Below, piece by piece: positions 1 through 11,115 of a stretch of 64,000 nt of DNA. This DNA is from Leucoraja erinacea. Its lineage: Eukaryota. The stretch's first letter is position 1. Each line of letters opens with the position of its first letter. The stretch covers positions 21,886,001 through 21,950,000 of the forward strand of contig NC_073387.1 in NCBI RefSeq assembly GCF_028641065.1, read 5' to 3'. Made by a program: the position numbers and the translations under genes. The notes beneath the pieces are model-generated. The model worked only from the letters and a program-made list of their open reading frames with translations. It was not told the DNA's origin and did not search any database.

Positions 1-2072
1 ATTAAATAAACGTTTGGATCAGGGAAATATTCTGGATCCATCAATAAGATGCTTGTATCCGCGATTCCTTCAGTGCTGTTCTCCAATATTTTAATGTTAA
101 TTGTAACCGTACTGGAGAGGCTTGGCTGCCCGTTGTCCTTCGCCAAGATGACCAGTGTTTGTACAGAAATATCTGACTGTAGGATGTTGCGCGCTGTTCT
201 AATTTCACCGGAATTTTGCCCAACTTTGTACAAACTGGGATGAGTAGATTTCACTATCTGATAAATGAACCGACCATTCTGACCAGAATCTGCATCAGTT
301 GCCATTATCTTGGTGACCAGGTACCCTTGACCCGCTGACCGGGGCACGATCTCCATTGCTGCCGATTCACTCTGTCCTGGCGGTGAAACAAATATCGGAG
401 CATTGTCATTTTGATCCAGAATGATGACATTCAGCATAGCACTGCTGCTCAATGGAGGCACCCCTGCGTCACGGGCTTGAACTTGTATTTGGAAGTTTTT
501 GAGTTTCTCATAATCAAAGGAGTGTAACCCATACATGGTCCCGTTAATTGCGTTGATGCTGAGGTAAGTGGAAACTGGCAGGTTTTCTATGTGTTTATCC
601 ACAATGGAGTAAGATACATAGCAATTTTGTTCTATATCAGCATCCATTGCAGATACTGTGAACATTGATGTACCTGGGGCGTTATTCTCCATCACATATA
701 CATTGTAGGATGATTCAGCAAACCAAGGGGCGTTGTCGTTTACGTCTGAAATGGTAATCTGGATGGTTAGATTTGCGGAGAGTGAAGGCGACCCCAAGTC
801 CCATGCCGAAATAGTCACATTATACTGAGATATCGCTTCACGGTCCAACATTTCACTGGTAATTAATTTGTAATGATCCGATGCTGTTTGTAGTTTAAAT
901 GGTATGTTCTTTGGTAACGAACAGCGGACTTGGCCATTCTCTCCTGAATCACGATCCATAACATTGACCAACGTTATCAAAGTCCCTGGCGGAGCATTTT
1001 CCGAGATTTTATTGGAAGCTGATGTCACCTGTATCTCGGGAGCATTGTCGTTTACGTCCATTATTTTGATCAACACTTTGGAGTGTCCTGTCATTGCAGC
1101 CAAGCCGTGATCTATAGCTTGAACATCTAGATAATAGACCTTTGTTTCTTCAAAATCCAAGTGCCCACCAACTCGAATCTCTCCAGTATCTGGGTCTAAA
1201 CTGAACAAATTACGAACCTTTCGCACGGCGACATCACTAAAAGAATATGATATCTCCCCATTCAGTCCTTCGTCCATATCGTGTGCTTTGACTTTCAATA
1301 CCGAGATACCATTGGCGGAGTTCTCGCTTATACTCCCCCTGTAAATATCCTGGTCGAACACTGGTGGATTATCATTGATGTCCAATACATTAATGCGAAT
1401 CTGAGTTGTGCCTGATCTTTGAGGGGTTCCACCGTCAGTCGCAGTTAGCAAGAGTTGAAATGATGATTGCAGCTCTCGATCCAAAGATTTCTCCAACAAC
1501 AACTCGGCAATTACAAACCCGTCCTCGGTTTTCTGTGTTTTTAGACTGAAGTGCTCACTAGAGCTGATTGTGTAGGCGGCCACGGTATTTATTCCAATGT
1601 CAGGATCTTCTGCGCTCTCGAGACGGAAACGTACACCGGGTGCACTCGCTTCAGATATCTGTAAGGCAATGCTGCCGTGCGGGAAAGCAGGGGGATTGTC
1701 ATTTACATCAAGAATCTCTATTTTTCCGCGATACACCTCCAAGGGATTTTCCAGAACAATTTCGAAGGGTATAATACACACATCCGCTTCTCCACAAATA
1801 CGTTCCCTGTCGATTTTTTCACGGATAGACAACACTCCATTGTCAGCACTAACCTTGATGTACCGTCCGCCATTATCAGAGCTCAGTCGAAATTTGCGAG
1901 CTGACAATTGCCGTATGTTCAGGCCCAGATTTTGAGCGATATTGCCCACAAATGCCCCTTGCTCGATTTCCTCGGGAATAGAATAACGAATTTGCCCGGA
2001 GATTAGATCCGGTGCATATATCGCAAACATGCAAACACACACTGTGAAGACAAACCTCGGTAGGCACGCCAT
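1..2072 (-). CDS. Clustered protocadherin gene G1 (protocadherin-10/gamma-C-like), 3' end runs off the window
   Basis: ATG at 2072 (MACLPRFVF...GQIRYSIPEE). Colinear with G2 down to position 1, with a net length difference of 6 bp (in frame). Missing from the ORF track, most simply because the stop lies outside the window. Confidence 0.9.
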   Translation of the reverse strand, partial: MACLPRFVFTVCVCMFAIYAPDLISGQIRYSIPEEIEQGAFVGNIAQNLGLNIRQLSARKFRLSSDNGGRYIKVSADNGVLSIREKIDRERICGEADVCIIPFEIVLENPLEVYRGKIEILDVNDNPPAFPHGSIALQISEASAPGVRFRLESAEDPDIGINTVAAYTISSSEHFSLKTQKTEDGFVIAELLLEKSLDRELQSSFQLLLTATDGGTPQRSGTTQIRINVLDINDNPPVFDQDIYRGSISENSANGISVLKVKAHDMDEGLNGEISYSFSDVAVRKVRNLFSLDPDTGEIRVGGHLDFEETKVYYLDVQAIDHGLAAMTGHSKVLIKIMDVNDNAPEIQVTSASNKISENAPPGTLITLVNVMDRDSGENGQVRCSLPKNIPFKLQTASDHYKLITSEMLDREAISQYNVTISAWDLGSPSLSANLTIQITISDVNDNAPWFAESSYNVYVMENNAPGTSMFTVSAMDADIEQNCYVSYSIVDKHIENLPVSTYLSINAINGTMYGLHSFDYEKLKNFQIQVQARDAGVPPLSSSAMLNVIILDQNDNAPIFVSPPGQSESAAMEIVPRSAGQGYLVTKIMATDADSGQNGRFIYQIVKSTHPSLYKVGQNSGEIRTARNILQSDISVQTLVILAKDNGQPSLSSTVTINIKILENSTEGIADTSILLMDPEYFPDPNVYL

Positions 2073-2318
2073 TGTTCCGCGCTGTCAATGTCCAAAACCA
2101 GGAATCTCTTAGGTTAATCCGTAAAAAGATTCCAACTACTAGCTTTAAACAAAATCATACATATTCTAAATACCGATTCGAAACAAACGGGAAATCTATC
2201 TTCCTCAGCTTGATTCCGCAATCTAAACGCAGGCACTGCTGACCTCTCTCGTCGCGTCTGACGTTTTTATTCTGGGGTGTGGGAGGGGCAATAGATCCAT
2301 CTGTGTGGTTGAGCTTTC

Positions 2319-2362
2319 CATTGGTAGACAGCGACACAGCCAGTTCTTTTCAATAACTGCAA
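2319..2362 (-). promoter_or_regulatory. Pcdh promoter CSE (CGCT core, CTCF-type site) with adjacent CCAAT, G1
   Basis: Minus strand reads TGCAGTTATTGAAAAGAACTGGCTGTGTCGCTGTCTACCAATG, ~250 bp upstream of the ATG. Same motif and position in five other paralogs; resembles the known clustered-Pcdh CSE. Confidence 0.8.
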
Positions 2363-3888
2363 CTTCAATTCTTAAAGCTGTAACGCTCTCCCAAACATTT
2401 CAGGGTGTACAGCCATAAAGCGTCTTCTTAAAAAGCGAGCTTTCTGCATTTAACTTCGAAACTCAGGGTAGACACATGCAAAGGGATTTTTGATGGAAAA
2501 TGTTATCATGGTCTGTTGTTTCACTCATAAGGCAATACCGAATTAATAGATGGTATCAGTGTTTATATCAGATACATGATCTCTACGTGCAGATTCTCCC
2601 TGCGCGCCTCATCGTAGCAAAAATATATTCATTTAATGACTTCATAATTTTCCTTTCTTTGACGTGAATTCTATTATTATGCCTCTTGCACAAAAATAAT
2701 TTTCGAGTAAAGTTGAGCTAGTTAGCGATCATATAAGATAATCATGAGAATATCAATGCAACTTTCCAAATGTTGAAGTCGCTGCCCGTGCACATTATGC
2801 TTTCCATTAAGTAATTGTTGAACCCATCTCTTGTTTCAAGGAAGTGATTCCTGGAGAAAGGCATCGTCACGTCCATTTCATCTTTGGTTTGCTAACACAT
2901 GCATATGTAAGGTGAGGTCCTGCTGCATTTTAAACCATGTTTCCAGCAACCTCACAGGCTCATGACCCAGCAGACTCCGATTGATATTGTAGGGATCAGA
3001 GAAAACAGGTGTCCATGTCTGGTTGGACATGGAAAAAATTGTGAATTTTTAACTTTTTATTCTTATTTACCTTGAGAATCTCCGTTTCATACTGGGTTTC
3101 TTGCAAAGGATCCTTTATTTCAATTTGCAAGTAAACGACACAATTAACCTTTCATCCATGGATCGTTGCTCATTTAAAATTCACCCGTGAAATCATTACT
3201 CCCCTGTTACCAGATTTATCCTGTAAAACGCCCTTTTCGGTAAATGCCATTCGGAATTTCAGAGCTGCCATCTTTGTTGACATGCGCCATCTTTTGAGGA
3301 GATTTTCCAGAAACAGATACATTTCCTTAGAAACAGATACAGCGGGTAAAATAGAAAAATCGTATTCGCAGGGCAGACTCCAAACCTCTACTTTCTTTTC
3401 CCACATTGAAGGCTGCAACAACCTTGCTACGCGCAGTCATTTGATGCACTCCATTCATTAAAGTCCCAACCCTTACTTGATACGGATTTCAACTTTACTT
3501 TACCGTCATATCCTTTTATCCCAAAGTTGCAGAAATTGGTTATAATGTGATCAAACAACTGCAGTTGGTTAACAGCGGATATTCAACGACGCACATGGTC
3601 TCGTCAAAACGGTGATGGAACAAGTTGTTTATGTCGTGGAAGATAGGATGTTTAATCAAACACAGTATTTCAATATTGGCACCAGATATACCATCGGATT
3701 CTAGTTTTGTGGTAAATAACTTCGGCTGCCTGTCAAATTAGAATCCATGGAAAGACTCAGACGAGCCAACGATAATATTTCGATGACATGATGAGTGTAA
3801 CAATGATGACATTTCGTGCGCGTCAACAACTGAAAATGCTGAAAACACGGATTGCGGAAACATCATCTGCGGAAAGAAATACAATTAA

Positions 3889-4530
3889 AGGGCCTGTCCC
3901 ACTTGGGTGACATAATCCGCGATTCCAGAAGAGTGCCTTCGACTTTCATGCTCGAGGGCACTCTTCTGGAAAGTGGATCGACCGGCCGCGTTGAAACCGN
4001 NNNNNNNNNNNNNNNNNNNNNNNNNNNNNNNNNNNNNNNNNNNNNNNNNNNNNNNNNNNNNNNNNNNNNNNNNNNNNNNNNNNNNNNNNNNNNNNNNNNN
4101 NNNNNNNNNNNNNNNNNNNNNNNNNNNNNNNNNNNNNNNNNNNNNNNNNNNNNNNNNNNNNNNNNNNGGGAAAGCGGATGAGCACTGTCTGCGTGGTGAA
4201 GAGGAAGGTAAACGGCTACCACAGAGCGCGTAAGTCCTTTAGATAGCGCGGGGGGGGGGGGGGGGGGGGGGGGGAGAAGGGAGAGACGGAGAGAGAAGCG
4301 GAGGGAAGGGGGGGGAGACGGGGGAGAGGAGAGAAGGGGGAGAGGAGAGACGGTGGGGAGAAGGAGTGGAGATATATAATAAAGTTTAGCGGGCACTTTA
4401 CCTACCGGTAGGTCTTCCTAGGTCGTGAAACTCCAATGAGCCAATCAAATTGGCCCTCAGCGAAGGAGATGGCCTACGACTGCCCTCCAGTGCCCTCCAG
4501 TGAATAGCGACCGCACTCCCCTGCACCGCA
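3889..4530. mobile_element. Non-autonomous DNA-transposon-like insertion (possibly PIF/Harbinger-like), interrupted by an assembly gap
   Basis: The paralogous spacer sequence (GGAAAGAAATACAAT...) breaks at ~3888 into AGGGCCTGTCCCACTTGGG, a TIR-like start. GC-rich and G-rich interior; the right end was not identified. Confidence 0.35.
4000..4167. other. Assembly gap (168 N)
   Basis: Run of N. Confidence 1.
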
Positions 4531-4544
4531 CTCCAGTGGATGGA

Positions 4545-4738
4545 GAATCTGGCGGATTCATTGCCACAATGTTATGTCGAAGTCGTTATAGTATATTGTT
4601 AAGGCAGAGATTAATAGGTTATTGATTAGTAAGGGTATCAAAGGCTAAGGGAGAGGGGGGAAATAGATCAGCCTTGATCGAATCACGGAGCAGATTCGAA
4701 TGTGCCCGTGGCCTAATTGTGCTCCAATATCTTATGGC
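4545..4738 (+). mobile_element. CR1-type LINE 3'-end fragment
   Basis: GATCAGCCTTGATCGAAT...GGCCTAATTGTGCTCCAATATCTTATG, homologous to the CR1-like 3' ends at 37118 and 60079. Confidence 0.6.
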
Positions 4739-6063
4739 AGTGCCACCGCATTGGGAAGACCAAACATCTACATTACATTGAAAAAAAAAGCGCAAGCAGA
4801 TCACTGCTTTACCGGGAAGATGTTTTGGTCCTGTACAGTGCAAGGGAGTGGTACTGTACAAGAACCTTACATATTTTGTGTTTTCATGCGAAACTGCCAA
4901 CGGAAGGTGAGTGGTTACAAAGCGAGAACAGGGATTAGTGAAGGGGTGATATTTGCCAATTTCTGAACAGGCATGGAAGGGAAATATTTGCCCAGTGAAT
5001 TGCATTGAATGTGAAAACTAGTTAGTAGAATGGGACAAGCAGGGACAACCTGATCTCTTGCCGATTGCTGGGTACGTGAGCACTAAATTACAAAGAGCAA
5101 ATGGATAATGCGAACCTCGCGGTTATCTGCTGCTACATTCACACGTTTTTCCTCCTTATTCTGCTACTCACCAGTTCACCAAACAAGTGTGGTTTCACTT
5201 GTTCTCGGTGTGACAAACAGCCCCGTTTCTCGACATAGCATTTTACTGCTCCACATGTGTAGCCCACATGTTCAGTGGGTCTTGTGTACTACCTGGGATC
5301 CTTAGATAGGGCAGTCCCGTTTAGGCCATTGTTTCCGGCCTGCTATTGTCCGACTAAATTTATCTCCTCATACATCGAATCTATCGCCGGTCCCCCATCC
5401 CTGTCAGGGTTCATGCCATCCTCCATCCGAAAACACCTCACATGTTCTCCATCACTTTAACAACTTGCAGATTTTATGTCAATACTCATTTTTTTATTAT
5501 GGACGACGTCGCTTTGCACTTCCATTAAGCATCAGGAAGACATCAGAACTTTCCGTTTCATCTACGAATGGAGACTCAACCACTTCTCCCCAACTAACAA
5601 TATCCTTCACATTATTACGTGCATCTGCTGATTATTGTAAGTTGTATTTTGTACAACGAACTATTAATAATTAATATATAATGCATGGGAACGCAATCAG
5701 GAAACCTTTCAACGCAAATTTCTCTTATTAATACCTTGCCATGTAACTGGTAACAGGTACACAAATCTTTGAGTACATAACTAAATTACAACACATTTGT
5801 GCACATTATCATGTGACGAGCATAAAGACTGCCTTCAGAATTAATAGATGCATTTTCAAGATGTTTTCAATCCAGTTGCAGGAAATTTTATTTTGGACAA
5901 TTACAAATAGTTTACTCCCAATTACGCGAAAGAGACAATATGCAACAAGGGAATGTTTTCATTAATATTCCACTCGTACTGATTCATATTCCTGGGCAGA
6001 CAAAAATGGCTGCTTTAAAAATAAAATGGTATTCCTTAACACAAGCCATCAGCGGGATTTAGC

Positions 6064-8442
6064 TTAGGAGGTGGAAGCGCCGCATGGTTTCAAGAAGAGA
6101 AAATCGCTTTTCGCTGATTCTGGAGAAAGACAGGCCGAGTATTGATTAAGATCTGACACGCGGACTACACGTCCTGTCCCAGGATTGCGTAAAGTTTCCG
6201 CCATGGCAAGTCTTCCATTGAACGTGCCGTGAGAATTGCCAGGATTGTAGCAATAACTGCGGGAGTTATACGCTTGAATGTTATTTCTGTCTTGTTTACA
6301 CTTGATGCCAATCAACAGAACAATGATCAGAAGAAAGACAACGGACGTACAACTGAAAATCACGATTAAATAAACGTTTGGATCAGATAAATATTCTGGA
6401 TCCATCAATAAGTTGCTTCTTTCCACGATTCCTTCAGTGCTGTTCTCCAAAACTTTAATGTTCACTGTGACCGTGCTGGACAGGCTTGGCTGCCCATTGT
6501 CCTTCACCAAGATGACCAGACTTGTCTGACTTACAGCAGTGTCTGACTGCATGATGTTGCGCGCTGTTCTAATTTCACCGGATATTTGCCCAACTTTGTA
6601 CAAACTGGGATGGGTAGACTTCACCATTTGATAAACGAGCCGAGCGTTCTGACCAGAATCTGCATCAGTTGCCATTATCTTGGTGACCAAGTACCCTTGC
6701 CCCGCTGACCTTGGCACAGTCTCCACCGCTGCTGATCCACTATGTTCTGACGGCGAAACAATTACCGGCGCGTTGTCATTTTGATCCAAGATGATCACAT
6801 TCACCCTGGCGCTGCTGCTCAGCGGAGGCATCCCCGCGTCACGAGCTTGAACGTGGATCTGGAAGTTTTTGAGATTCTCATAGTCAAACGACCGCAGCGC
6901 ATAAATGGTACCGTTCATTGAGTTAATGGTTAGGTAGGTGGACGCTGGCGCGTTTATGACTTGATTCTCATGAAAAGTATAAGAAACACGCGAATTCTGG
7001 TCCAGATCGGGATCCGTTGCTGTTATTGTGAAAATGGACGCACCCGGAGCGTTATTCTCCATAACGTATATGTTGTAGGATGATTCAGCAAACCGAGGGG
7101 CGTTATCATTAATGTCTGAAATTGTAATACTCATGGTTATATTTGCGGACAGTGAAGGCGATCCCAAGTCCCAGGCGGAAATAAGTATTCTGTACTCAGA
7201 TATCGCTTCACGATCAAACATTTCGCTGGTAATTAATTTATAATGATCCGATGCTGTTTGTAGTTTAAAGGGTATGTTCCTTGGTACCGTGCAGCGAACA
7301 TGGCCGTTCTCTCCAGAATCACGATCCAAAACACTGATCAACGTTACTAAAGTTCCTGGCGGAGCATTTTCTGGGATTATGTTGGAAGCTGATGTCACCT
7401 TTATTTCGGGTGCATTGTCGTTCACGTCAATTACTTTGATAAGCACTTTGGAGTGCCCCGTCATTACAGGTGAGCCGTGGTCCACTACTTCAACATTGAG
7501 AGAATAACTGTTTGCTTCTTCAAAATCCAGCTGCCCGCCAACTCGAATCTCCCCGGTCTCTGGGTCTAAACTGAACAAATTACCGACTTTTCGCAAGGCA
7601 ACATCACTAAATGAATATACTATCTTTGCATTCTCTCCTTCGTCCAAATCATTTCCTTTGAGTTTCAACACCAAGGTACCATGCGGTGCGTTCTCACTTA
7701 TGCTGCCCCTGTAAATATCACGTTCGAAAACAGGTGGATTGTCATTGTTGTCCAATACAGTAATGAGAATTTGAGCTGTGCCTGTTCTTCGAGGGGTCCC
7801 ACCATCAGTCGCAGTCAGAAAGAGCTGAAATGATGATTGTAGCTCTCGGTCCAAAGATTTCTCCAACAGCAATTCGGCAATTATAATATCGTCCTCGGTT
7901 TTCTGTGTCCTCAGACTGAAGTACTCACTGGAACTGACTGTATAGGCGGTCACGGTATTTGTTCCAATGTCGGGATCATCCGCGCTCTCGAGACGGAAAC
8001 GTACACCGGGTGCATTCGCTTCCGATATCTGAAGGGCAATGCTGCTCTGCGGGAAAGTGGGCGCATTGTCATTTACATCACGAATCTCTATTTTTCCGCG
8101 GTACACCTCCAAGGGCTTTTCCAATATTATTTCGAAAGGAATAATGCACACATCCGCTTCACCGCAAATACGTTCTCTGTCGATTCTTTCACGAATAGAC
8201 AATATTCCATTGTCCAAACTGACCTTCATGTACCGCCCTCCGTCATCAGCGCCCAGTCGGAATTTGCGAGCTGACAATTGATGTACGTTCAGGCCCAGAT
8301 CTTGAGCGATATTCCCAACAAATGCTCCTTGCTTCATTTCCTCGGGAACAGAATAAATAAGTTGCCCGGAAATTAGACCGGGTGCACATATCGTAAACAT
8401 GCACAGAAACGCATTGAATGCAAACCTCGGTAGGAACGCCAT
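6064..8442 (-). CDS. Clustered protocadherin gene G2, intact (~792 aa)
   Basis: ORF 6064..8460 with likely ATG at 8442. Signal peptide, six EC repeats (DRE/DFE, DxD, DxNDN motifs), EC1 C-X5-C (ICGEADVC), TM YLIVIFSCTSVVFLLIIVLLIGI, tail CLSPESAKSDFLFLKP. Confidence 0.95.
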   Translation of the reverse strand: MAFLPRFAFNAFLCMFTICAPGLISGQLIYSVPEEMKQGAFVGNIAQDLGLNVHQLSARKFRLGADDGGRYMKVSLDNGILSIRERIDRERICGEADVCIIPFEIILEKPLEVYRGKIEIRDVNDNAPTFPQSSIALQISEANAPGVRFRLESADDPDIGTNTVTAYTVSSSEYFSLRTQKTEDDIIIAELLLEKSLDRELQSSFQLFLTATDGGTPRRTGTAQILITVLDNNDNPPVFERDIYRGSISENAPHGTLVLKLKGNDLDEGENAKIVYSFSDVALRKVGNLFSLDPETGEIRVGGQLDFEEANSYSLNVEVVDHGSPVMTGHSKVLIKVIDVNDNAPEIKVTSASNIIPENAPPGTLVTLISVLDRDSGENGHVRCTVPRNIPFKLQTASDHYKLITSEMFDREAISEYRILISAWDLGSPSLSANITMSITISDINDNAPRFAESSYNIYVMENNAPGASIFTITATDPDLDQNSRVSYTFHENQVINAPASTYLTINSMNGTIYALRSFDYENLKNFQIHVQARDAGMPPLSSSARVNVIILDQNDNAPVIVSPSEHSGSAAVETVPRSAGQGYLVTKIMATDADSGQNARLVYQMVKSTHPSLYKVGQISGEIRTARNIMQSDTAVSQTSLVILVKDNGQPSLSSTVTVNIKVLENSTEGIVERSNLLMDPEYLSDPNVYLIVIFSCTSVVFLLIIVLLIGIKCKQDRNNIQAYNSRSYCYNPGNSHGTFNGRLAMAETLRNPGTGRVVRVSDLNQYSACLSPESAKSDFLFLKPCGASTS

Positions 8443-8683
8443 TGTTCCGAGCTCAGTCAATGTCCAAAACTCTCCGAGTAATCCGTAAAAAAGGTTAAAA
8501 CCACAAGATTTAAAAATAAATCAAAGATGTTCTAAATACCGATTCGAAACAGATGGGATATCAATCCTCCTCAGCTTTATTCCGCAATCCAAACCAGGCA
8601 CTGCTAGCCTCGCTGGTCGCGACTGACGTTTTTATTCTGGGATGTGGGAGGGGCAATGGATCCATCTGCGTACTTGAGCTTCT

Positions 8684-8728
8684 CATTGGTAGACAGCGAC
8701 ACGACCAGTTCTTTTCAGCAACTGCAGC
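8684..8728 (-). promoter_or_regulatory. Pcdh promoter CSE, G2
   Basis: Plus strand CATTGGTAGACAGCGACACGACCAGTTCTTTTCAGCAACTGCAG, ~240 bp upstream of the ATG. Confidence 0.8.
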
Positions 8729-10026
8729 TACAATTCTTAAAGCTGTGCTGCTCCCCAAAACATTTAATGTAGCACCAAAAAACATACCCTAGAAAATGGC
8801 GGGATTGTACTAAATATTTGAATTCTTATGTACCTTGAGGATGTGCATTTCACTTTGCTTTCTTTCCATTGGTTCCATTATTGCAATTCAATTACGTAAT
8901 TTCCCATTTATCAGCATGTCTTTTCTCATTTAAATTACACCCTGGTTAACATTAATCTTTTGATGCCGTGTTCCCCTTGTAAAATGGCCTTTTCAGTACG
9001 TTGGTAAGGTGGCCCAACGTACTTGTAATGTGTTCAGACGATTGTAGTTTCATTTCTGCCTTGGAGATCCACAACATCGTACAAGATCCTGGCAAAGCTT
9101 GAATGGGGCAAGTTCTTTATGTCGTAGAGAATAGGACGTTAATCACCTACAGCTACAATTCTTAAAGCTGTATCGCTCTCCTTAATATGTAATGGTGTAC
9201 ATAAACAGTACTCGACAAAAACAGCAGTTCCTTTTTGTTTACAGCGTTTAGCTTCGCAATTCACAGCAGACGTGTTCAGAGGGGATTTAGACCGATAAAT
9301 CGTTTCACTCAGAACGCAATAGCAAGCAAATAAATGGCACCAGTATTTCTATGATGCAGCGTTTCATATCGATAATATAGTCTCCGTTTACAGATGTTGG
9401 GCCACTTACAGTTGCGCCTAAGGGTAGCAACAATATACTTTAATTTAACGACTGTATAGTTGTCCTTTTTTGATATGTGGTGTTTATTATTATGCCCCTC
9501 GCAACACAATACTTTTCAAGCAAAGTTTACCTCTTTAGCGATCAAAGGGCATAACATTGTGAATATTATTGTCACTTTCAGATATTTTTCGTGAACATAG
9601 TGCGTTTGATTAACCAATTGTTGAAGCAAATTCCTGCTTGTCGCTTGATCCTTGGAGAAAGGTATCGTCAAGACCAAATTAAGCCGTTTGTTGACATATG
9701 CACAGAGAAGGTGAGGCGCTGCTGCAGTGTAAAAATGTGTTTGCAGGAACTTCACAGGCACATAACGCCACTGGCCCCGACGGATATTGTGGAAAATGTT
9801 TAAAAAAAATAGGGCGTGAGGTTTTGCGCGGTAAATTTTGTGATTTTTTGAATTCTTATTCACCTTGTGAGGTGTCGTTTCTTCTTTCTTTCTTTCTTTC
9901 CAAAAGTTCCCCTATCGTAATTTGCAAATAAATTATTCAATTGCCCATTGATCTACAGATCATAGATCTTTATAAAAACGCCTTGGATAACACTAATATA
10001 TTGTTGCCAGATGTTTGCAGTAAAAT

Positions 10027-11115
10027 TGCGTTTCAGTGAACGCCATTCGGAATTTCAGATCCATATTGCTGTTATTGTCGGCCTGTCTTCTACCAAACAA
10101 GAATAATTCTACTATAATTATTTAACAATAATGGTAATTAACGGTAATCAGTGAAATATGAAGTTTCATGTGTGACAACAACTGAAAATGCTGAAAATAC
10201 TCATCGACTCAGATATCATCTGAGGGAAGAAATAGAATTAACGCTTCAAGACTGGGATCCTGTGTCAGAACTGCAAAGGAATTAAAATGTTAATTTTTTT
10301 TCAGGAGGATTGAGAATGGGAGGTAAAGCAGAGAAAACATGAATCTCTTTGAGGCCGAGACCAAATAAATGTATACACTTAGAGCAGCTATTAGGGCACG
10401 TTATGCTTTTTGCTTCTGTGGGTCATGGTTAATAGTAACGGAAATGGGCATGCTCGTGTTATTGAACGGACAGGGAGTTGCGGGTAAAATAAAGGTGTTC
10501 TTTAAACATTGGAACACTGGTACACAGGGTTTGAAGAAAGTTGTGAATTATTGTGTGTAGCACAGAACAGAAAGGATTTGGTCAAGCCACAGAAGGAGCT
10601 GAGCAGACTCTCAAGAAGGTTGCCCGGATAGGAAGGCTTACATTAGCAGGGGAGATTGTAAGTCAAGATCTGGAATCCCTGGATTGAAAACAGTTGAGGA
10701 GTGTTATGAGAGAGATACAGAAACATGCGAGACACAGATAGAGTAGATGGCCAATAGCATTTCCAACTATAGGACCGTCCAAAGCTAGAAAATATAGATG
10801 GGTGATACTGGAAACCATTGATGTCAAAACAGCGTGATATGCAAGGATAATGAGATGCAATTGAATGCGTTTCAGTGAACGCCATTCGGAATTTCAGATC
10901 CATATTGCTGTTATTGTCGGCCTGTCTTCCACCAAACAAGAATAATTCTGCTATCGTTATTTAACAATAATGGTAATTAATGGTAATCAGTGAAATATGA
11001 AGTTTCATGTGTGACAACAACTGAAAATGCTGAAAACACTCATCGACAGATATCATCTGAGGGAAGAAATACAACTAACGCTTCAAGACTGGGATCCTTT
11101 GTCAGAACTACAAAG
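10027..11115 (+). repeat. ~250-bp near-identical direct repeat (10027-10278 and 10866-11115)
   Basis: Both copies run TGCGTTTCAGTGAACGCCATTCGGAATTTCAGATCC...CTGGGATCC.TGTCAGAACT.CAAAG with few substitutions. Confidence 0.85.

Noticed and set aside
3863-4396. Proline-rich ORFs here and at 49178-49532
   Set aside because: Translations of poly-G/C tracts and an N gap.
10027-11115. LTR retroelement or TRIM
   Set aside because: The repeats lack TG...CA ends, PBS/PPT and TSD, and are partly homologous to ordinary spacer DNA.
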